Shown in pieces: positions 59,755 through 64,000 of a stretch of 64,000 bases of DNA (positions are counted from its first letter, which is position 1; each line of letters begins with the position of its first letter). The notes under the pieces were generated by a model, which saw only the letters and a program-made list of their open reading frames with translations, ran no database searches and had not been told where the DNA came from. The translations under genes and the position numbers were made by a program. This stretch comes from Alphaproteobacteria bacterium (GTDB taxonomy: Bacteria > Pseudomonadota > Alphaproteobacteria > SP197), in contig OZ245842.1 of NCBI GenBank assembly GCA_965228895.1, forward strand, positions 4,128,001 through 4,192,000. The letters run 5' to 3'.

Positions 59755-62700
59755 ACAGCGGCTACTTGGCCAGTGTTTCGTTTGGACAGCGCCAGATCAG
59801 GTTCCTTGAACTGCTGCGTCCCGGTCAGTCGAGCTTCGCCATGCCGCTCATCGTCGACGTCACGGGTCCGGCCGACCCGGTCGCGCTGTGCGCCGCGCTA
59901 CAATCGGTTGTCGATCGTCACGACGTCCTGCGCGCATCCTTTCCACTCGTCGACGGTTCACCGGTACAGGCGGTCCGCGATGTCATGCCGCTTGATGTTG
60001 CGTCGACGAACGTCGACGGGACCGAGCCGGAGACGTGGCGCAGTCACCTTTTAAAAGCAGCCGATGATCTGGCGGCCCTTCCCTTCGACCTTGCGGCAGG
60101 GCCGTTGATCCGCGCACGCCTGTTGCGCGAGTCCGAACGGCGCCACGGCATTGTTGTCGTCTTGCATCACATCCTCGCCGATGGCGCCTCGCTCGATATT
60201 CTGGCGCGCGATCTTGTCGCCGCCTACGACGCGGCGCATGGCGGGGCGGCCCCTGATCAAGACGCGCTGCCCCTGCAGTTCACTGATTTCGCCGACTGGG
60301 AGCAGGAGAGTTTCGGTCAGGCCGACACGCCTGAGCTTCAGGCAGCGGCAACCTATTGGCGGGCGCGGTTGCGTAACGCGCCTTCGGTGCTTGACCTGCC
60401 GTTCGACCGCAGGCGCCGCACGGACGGGGAAACCGCCAGCGCACATCACAGCCTGACGGTCGATGGCCCTATCGCCGAGCGGCTCAACGCCGTCGCACGG
60501 CAATCGGGCGCGACGCCGCTCATGGCCTTTCTTGCGGTATGGATAGCGGTACTGCGCCGTTGGAGCGGCCTTGACGATCTCGTCGTCACCATCCCGATAT
60601 CGAAGCGGACGCGGCCGGAACTGGCCGATCTTATCGGCCTCTTCGTCGACACCCTGCCCATCCGCACAGCGGTCGACGGCGACACGACATTCCAAGATCT
60701 CTTAGGCCAGGTGCGCCAGGCTCTCCTTGAAGGCATGGAGCATCGCGAGCTGCCGTTCGAGCGGATTGTTCAAGCGATCGGCATCGAGCGGCGCAGCGAC
60801 ATCATTCCGCTGATGCAGGTCTTGTTCGGTGCTCATCAGGATCAAGACGAGCTGCCGGAAACGGCCGGTGGCTGCCACTTTGACCTGCTTAGCGACAGCG
60901 TCGAACAGGCGGCGAAGACCGACCTCTCCATGGTCTACCGACCCGGCCCCGACTCGCTCGATCTGTGGTGCCGGTATGACGCCATGCTGTTCGACGCGTC
61001 GACGGTCGAGGCGCTGCTGCAGTGGTACGGCAAGGTGGCGATGGCCGTCGCCGACCAACCGGACACAATCATCGATACCATCCCTCTCGTCGACGAGGCA
61101 GGCGGCAAGGACCTGGTCGCGCGGTTCAACGCGACACACCGCGCCTATCCGCGCGAACGCTCGGCCATCGACCTGTTCTTCGAGATCGCGACGTCATCGC
61201 CATCGGCCATTGCCATCGAAGAGGACGGTAACAAGCAGAGCTATGACGAGGTCGCGTCACGCGTGCACAGGTTGGCTGCCGTCCTGGCCGCTGAGGGTGT
61301 CGGCAAGGGCGATACCGTCATTCTCGCCATGACGTTATCGGCCACGTGTATCGAGTTGATGCTCGCAGTCCTGACGCTTGGTGCCGTGTTCGCGCCAATC
61401 GACCCGAACTATCCGAAAACCCGCCGTGACGAGCTCGCCCAGAGTATCAAGGCACGCTTCGGCATCGCCCACGATGATGGGCTTGAGCTTACGGTGGAAA
61501 CCGTGTTGCTCGCCGGCGACCTGCAGTCGCGGTCGATGGCGGCGGAACCGCACCCCGGCACGCCGGTCGATGCCTCGGATACCGCCTACGTTATGTTCAC
61601 TTCGGGCTCGACAGGTGTGCCAAAGGGCGTCGCCGTGCCGCATCGCGCGATCGTCCGGTTGGTCAGCAACACCGATTTCTGCCGTTTCGGACCACAAACA
61701 AGATGTGTGGCCTATTCGAACCCGGCCTTCGATGCGTCGACGCTGGAGGTCTGGGCGCCGCTCTTGAACGGCGGCACCGTGGTACCGGTTGACCGCACGG
61801 TTATCATGGACGCCCGGTCGCTGCGTGAGTTCTTGTCGGCCAACAACATCAATCTGATGTGGATGACGGCGGGGCTATTTCAGCAGATCGTCACGGTCGA
61901 TGCCACGGTCTTTGCCGGCGACCGCACGCTCATTGCCGGCGGCGACGTCGTCAACCCGGCTTCGGCGCGCGCGGTGCTCGCCGCCGGCGAAGGCACGGGT
62001 TTCAGGTTGCTGAACGGATACGGCCCAACGGAAAACACGGTGTTCAGCACCGTCTACGACATCGGCGACCTTGAAGAGACGGCGACCACGATCCCGATCG
62101 GCAGACCGATCGCCAACAGCACGGCCTACGTGCTGGATCCGAACGGTCATCCGGCGCCGGTCGGCGTCGTCGGTGAGATCTACGTCGGCGGTGACGGTGT
62201 GGCGCTCGGCTATGTCGGCGACGCCGAACGCACGGCATCGAGCTTTCCGATCGATCCCTTTTCCGCACAACCGGGCGCGCGCATGTACCGCACGGGCGAT
62301 CTTGGCCGCTGGCGCAGCGACGGCGTCATCCAGTTCGTCGGTCGCGCCGACAACCAGGTGAAGGTGCGCGGCTTCCGTATCGAGCTGAACGAGATCTCCG
62401 CTGCCCTGGCGCGCCACCCCAACGTCGGCGCGGTTGCCGTCACCGCGCCACGGCAGGAATCCGGGACACGGCAACTGGTCGCCTACGTGGTTGGCAAAGA
62501 TGGCCGTTCACCGGATCAAGGTGCCTTGCGCAGCCATCTGCAGGCGCAGTTACCACCCCACATGCTGCCGCATGCCTATGTCGCGATGGATGAACTGCCG
62601 CTTACCATCAACGGCAAGGTCGATACCAAGGCGCTCCCGCCCGTCGAGGCGCAAAACTACGACCGCGCCGATATCACCCTTGCGCCACGCACCAGCGAAG

Positions 62701-64000
62701 AGCGGCAGCTCAGCACTATCTGGCAAGATCTGTTGGGACAGGCCGATATCGGTGTTCTCGACAACTTCTTCCGCGTCGGTGGCGACTCGATCCTCGCCAT
62801 ACGTATGGTCGCCCGGGCCTTTGACGCCGGCCTGTCCATCAGTCTGAAAGACGTGTTTGAGCATCAGACCATTGAAGGTCTGGCCGCCGTCGCCGTCTCG
62901 CAAAGGCAGCAGCAGGGGCTGGGTACGGGCGATCAATTCTTTGCCATGGAGCTGTTGCCGCAGGCCGGTGACGAAACAACACCGGTTGCCCTGGCCAGTG
63001 TCGCCATGGATCGTTCGATAGGCTCCGTCGAATTGGGTTTCGCCATCCAGCGATTGGCCGAGCGTCACGACGGGCTGCGCCTTAGGGTCGTTGCCGACGG
63101 TGTGACGCGGCGGCTGACGCTCGACGATTTCTTACCCGTGGTACCGGTGCGCACGGTTGACGTGCCCGGCCTCGAAGACGACCAGATCGACGCATGGATC
63201 GATGCGCACCGCGATCGCTTGTGCCGTGGTCTGGATCTCACGACCGGCGTCACGATTGCCGCCACGTTGGTCAACCGGCCGCCCAATCTTGGTCCGGTCC
63301 TTGTGATCGCTCTGCACCGCGCTGTTGCCGATGACCGCTCGCTCGTGCTGCTGGCCGCCGAGCTGGAAATGGAAGTCAGAAGCGGCCTTGAGACCCGCCC
63401 GGCGCCAGTGTCGGGCCCGACATTCAGGGACTGGCTCAACTGGCTCCGGGACTATGCGTCCGGCAAGACGGTTCGCGACTGCGCCACGGCGCTGGAACCT
63501 CATGCGAACCATGTGGGCACACCGGCCTTCTTGGACGACCGTGGTCTGTCTGACGTCCGGGCCGAATTGTGGCTGGAGTCGGCACTGACGCGTGCGCTGA
63601 CCGCCGAGATTCCATCGAAACTGGATGTGTCGCCTGTTGACCCCATTCTCGCTGCTTTGCGCCGGGCCATCGCGCCCAACGACTCGAGCAACGATCTGGT
63701 GATCGAGACGCTAGACGGGCTCCGCGCGTTGCCGCCGAGCGCACCGGACACCGACGGAATCGTGGGCAATCTGGAGTCCGTTCTGCCGATCCAGATCCGA
63801 TCATCGGTTCGCAATCAGGCTGAACGCCTGACATCGGCCAAGGCAGCCCGCCAGTCGGTCGAGCCGATCGGACCGGTCTGCCGGGTCGTACAGACAACTT
63901 TTGACCTGCCCACCGCCCAAGTCGGTCTTGTCTTGCGTTCGCCGATGCGTCCGGATGGGCCGTTGCGCTTGCATCAACTGCCAAGTTTCTCCGCCACCGT
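59751..64000 (+). CDS. Non-ribosomal peptide synthetase C-A-T-(degenerate E-like)..., truncated by the window end
   Basis: Absent from the ORF track because it has no stop in the window. ATG at 59751 overlaps the upstream TGA. In-frame motifs: LHHILADG (60162), AYVMFTSGSTG (61584), NGYGPTE, YRTGD, FFRVGGDS (62766) and LHRAVADD (63312). Confidence 0.9.
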   Translation, partial: MNSGYLASVSFGQRQIRFLELLRPGQSSFAMPLIVDVTGPADPVALCAALQSVVDRHDVLRASFPLVDGSPVQAVRDVMPLDVASTNVDGTEPETWRSHLLKAADDLAALPFDLAAGPLIRARLLRESERRHGIVVVLHHILADGASLDILARDLVAAYDAAHGGAAPDQDALPLQFTDFADWEQESFGQADTPELQAAATYWRARLRNAPSVLDLPFDRRRRTDGETASAHHSLTVDGPIAERLNAVARQSGATPLMAFLAVWIAVLRRWSGLDDLVVTIPISKRTRPELADLIGLFVDTLPIRTAVDGDTTFQDLLGQVRQALLEGMEHRELPFERIVQAIGIERRSDIIPLMQVLFGAHQDQDELPETAGGCHFDLLSDSVEQAAKTDLSMVYRPGPDSLDLWCRYDAMLFDASTVEALLQWYGKVAMAVADQPDTIIDTIPLVDEAGGKDLVARFNATHRAYPRERSAIDLFFEIATSSPSAIAIEEDGNKQSYDEVASRVHRLAAVLAAEGVGKGDTVILAMTLSATCIELMLAVLTLGAVFAPIDPNYPKTRRDELAQSIKARFGIAHDDGLELTVETVLLAGDLQSRSMAAEPHPGTPVDASDTAYVMFTSGSTGVPKGVAVPHRAIVRLVSNTDFCRFGPQTRCVAYSNPAFDASTLEVWAPLLNGGTVVPVDRTVIMDARSLREFLSANNINLMWMTAGLFQQIVTVDATVFAGDRTLIAGGDVVNPASARAVLAAGEGTGFRLLNGYGPTENTVFSTVYDIGDLEETATTIPIGRPIANSTAYVLDPNGHPAPVGVVGEIYVGGDGVALGYVGDAERTASSFPIDPFSAQPGARMYRTGDLGRWRSDGVIQFVGRADNQVKVRGFRIELNEISAALARHPNVGAVAVTAPRQESGTRQLVAYVVGKDGRSPDQGALRSHLQAQLPPHMLPHAYVAMDELPLTINGKVDTKALPPVEAQNYDRADITLAPRTSEERQLSTIWQDLLGQADIGVLDNFFRVGGDSILAIRMVARAFDAGLSISLKDVFEHQTIEGLAAVAVSQRQQQGLGTGDQFFAMELLPQAGDETTPVALASVAMDRSIGSVELGFAIQRLAERHDGLRLRVVADGVTRRLTLDDFLPVVPVRTVDVPGLEDDQIDAWIDAHRDRLCRGLDLTTGVTIAATLVNRPPNLGPVLVIALHRAVADDRSLVLLAAELEMEVRSGLETRPAPVSGPTFRDWLNWLRDYASGKTVRDCATALEPHANHVGTPAFLDDRGLSDVRAELWLESALTRALTAEIPSKLDVSPVDPILAALRRAIAPNDSSNDLVIETLDGLRALPPSAPDTDGIVGNLESVLPIQIRSSVRNQAERLTSAKAARQSVEPIGPVCRVVQTTFDLPTAQVGLVLRSPMRPDGPLRLHQLPSFSAT

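Noticed and set aside
59773-63984. The ORF track shows only short fragments here, suggesting a pseudogene or non-coding DNA
   Set aside because: A single + frame from ATG 59751 carries the C, A, T and E-like motifs in the same phase. It is missing from the track only because no stop occurs before the window end.

Overview
High-GC bacterial DNA whose gene content and repeat types point to an Alphaproteobacterium, probably marine or osmolyte-scavenging. From left to right it holds: (1) two SDRs, an enolase-superfamily enzyme and a betaine-family ABC transporter lying directly downstream of a taurine module (xsc, omega-aminotransferase, TauR, ackA); (2) a complete aminoacetone/aminopropanol-type (AAU/RMM) bacterial microcompartment locus with an AraC regulator and a PotABCD-like importer; (3) the liu leucine/isovalerate operon; (4) a GMC oxidoreductase and its small subunit, separated by a solute-binding protein + BCCT pair; (5) narK1K2-narGHJI with a Crp/Fnr regulator and three FNR boxes; (6) ectoine hydrolase/deacetylase genes (doeAB) with a MocR regulator; (7) the start of an NRPS cluster (PPTase, ABM-like protein, a C-A-T gene, and a C-A-T-degenerate-E gene that runs off the window). 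The best leads are a possible SBP-assisted BCCT transporter, a betaine-type ABC/enolase/SDR operon carrying TauR-like boxes, a shared 21-bp-period operator that splits the microcompartment locus into two operons, and an unusual NRPS. I saw no rRNA, tRNA, CRISPR array or transposase. All protein assignments come from motif recognition by eye, not from database searches.
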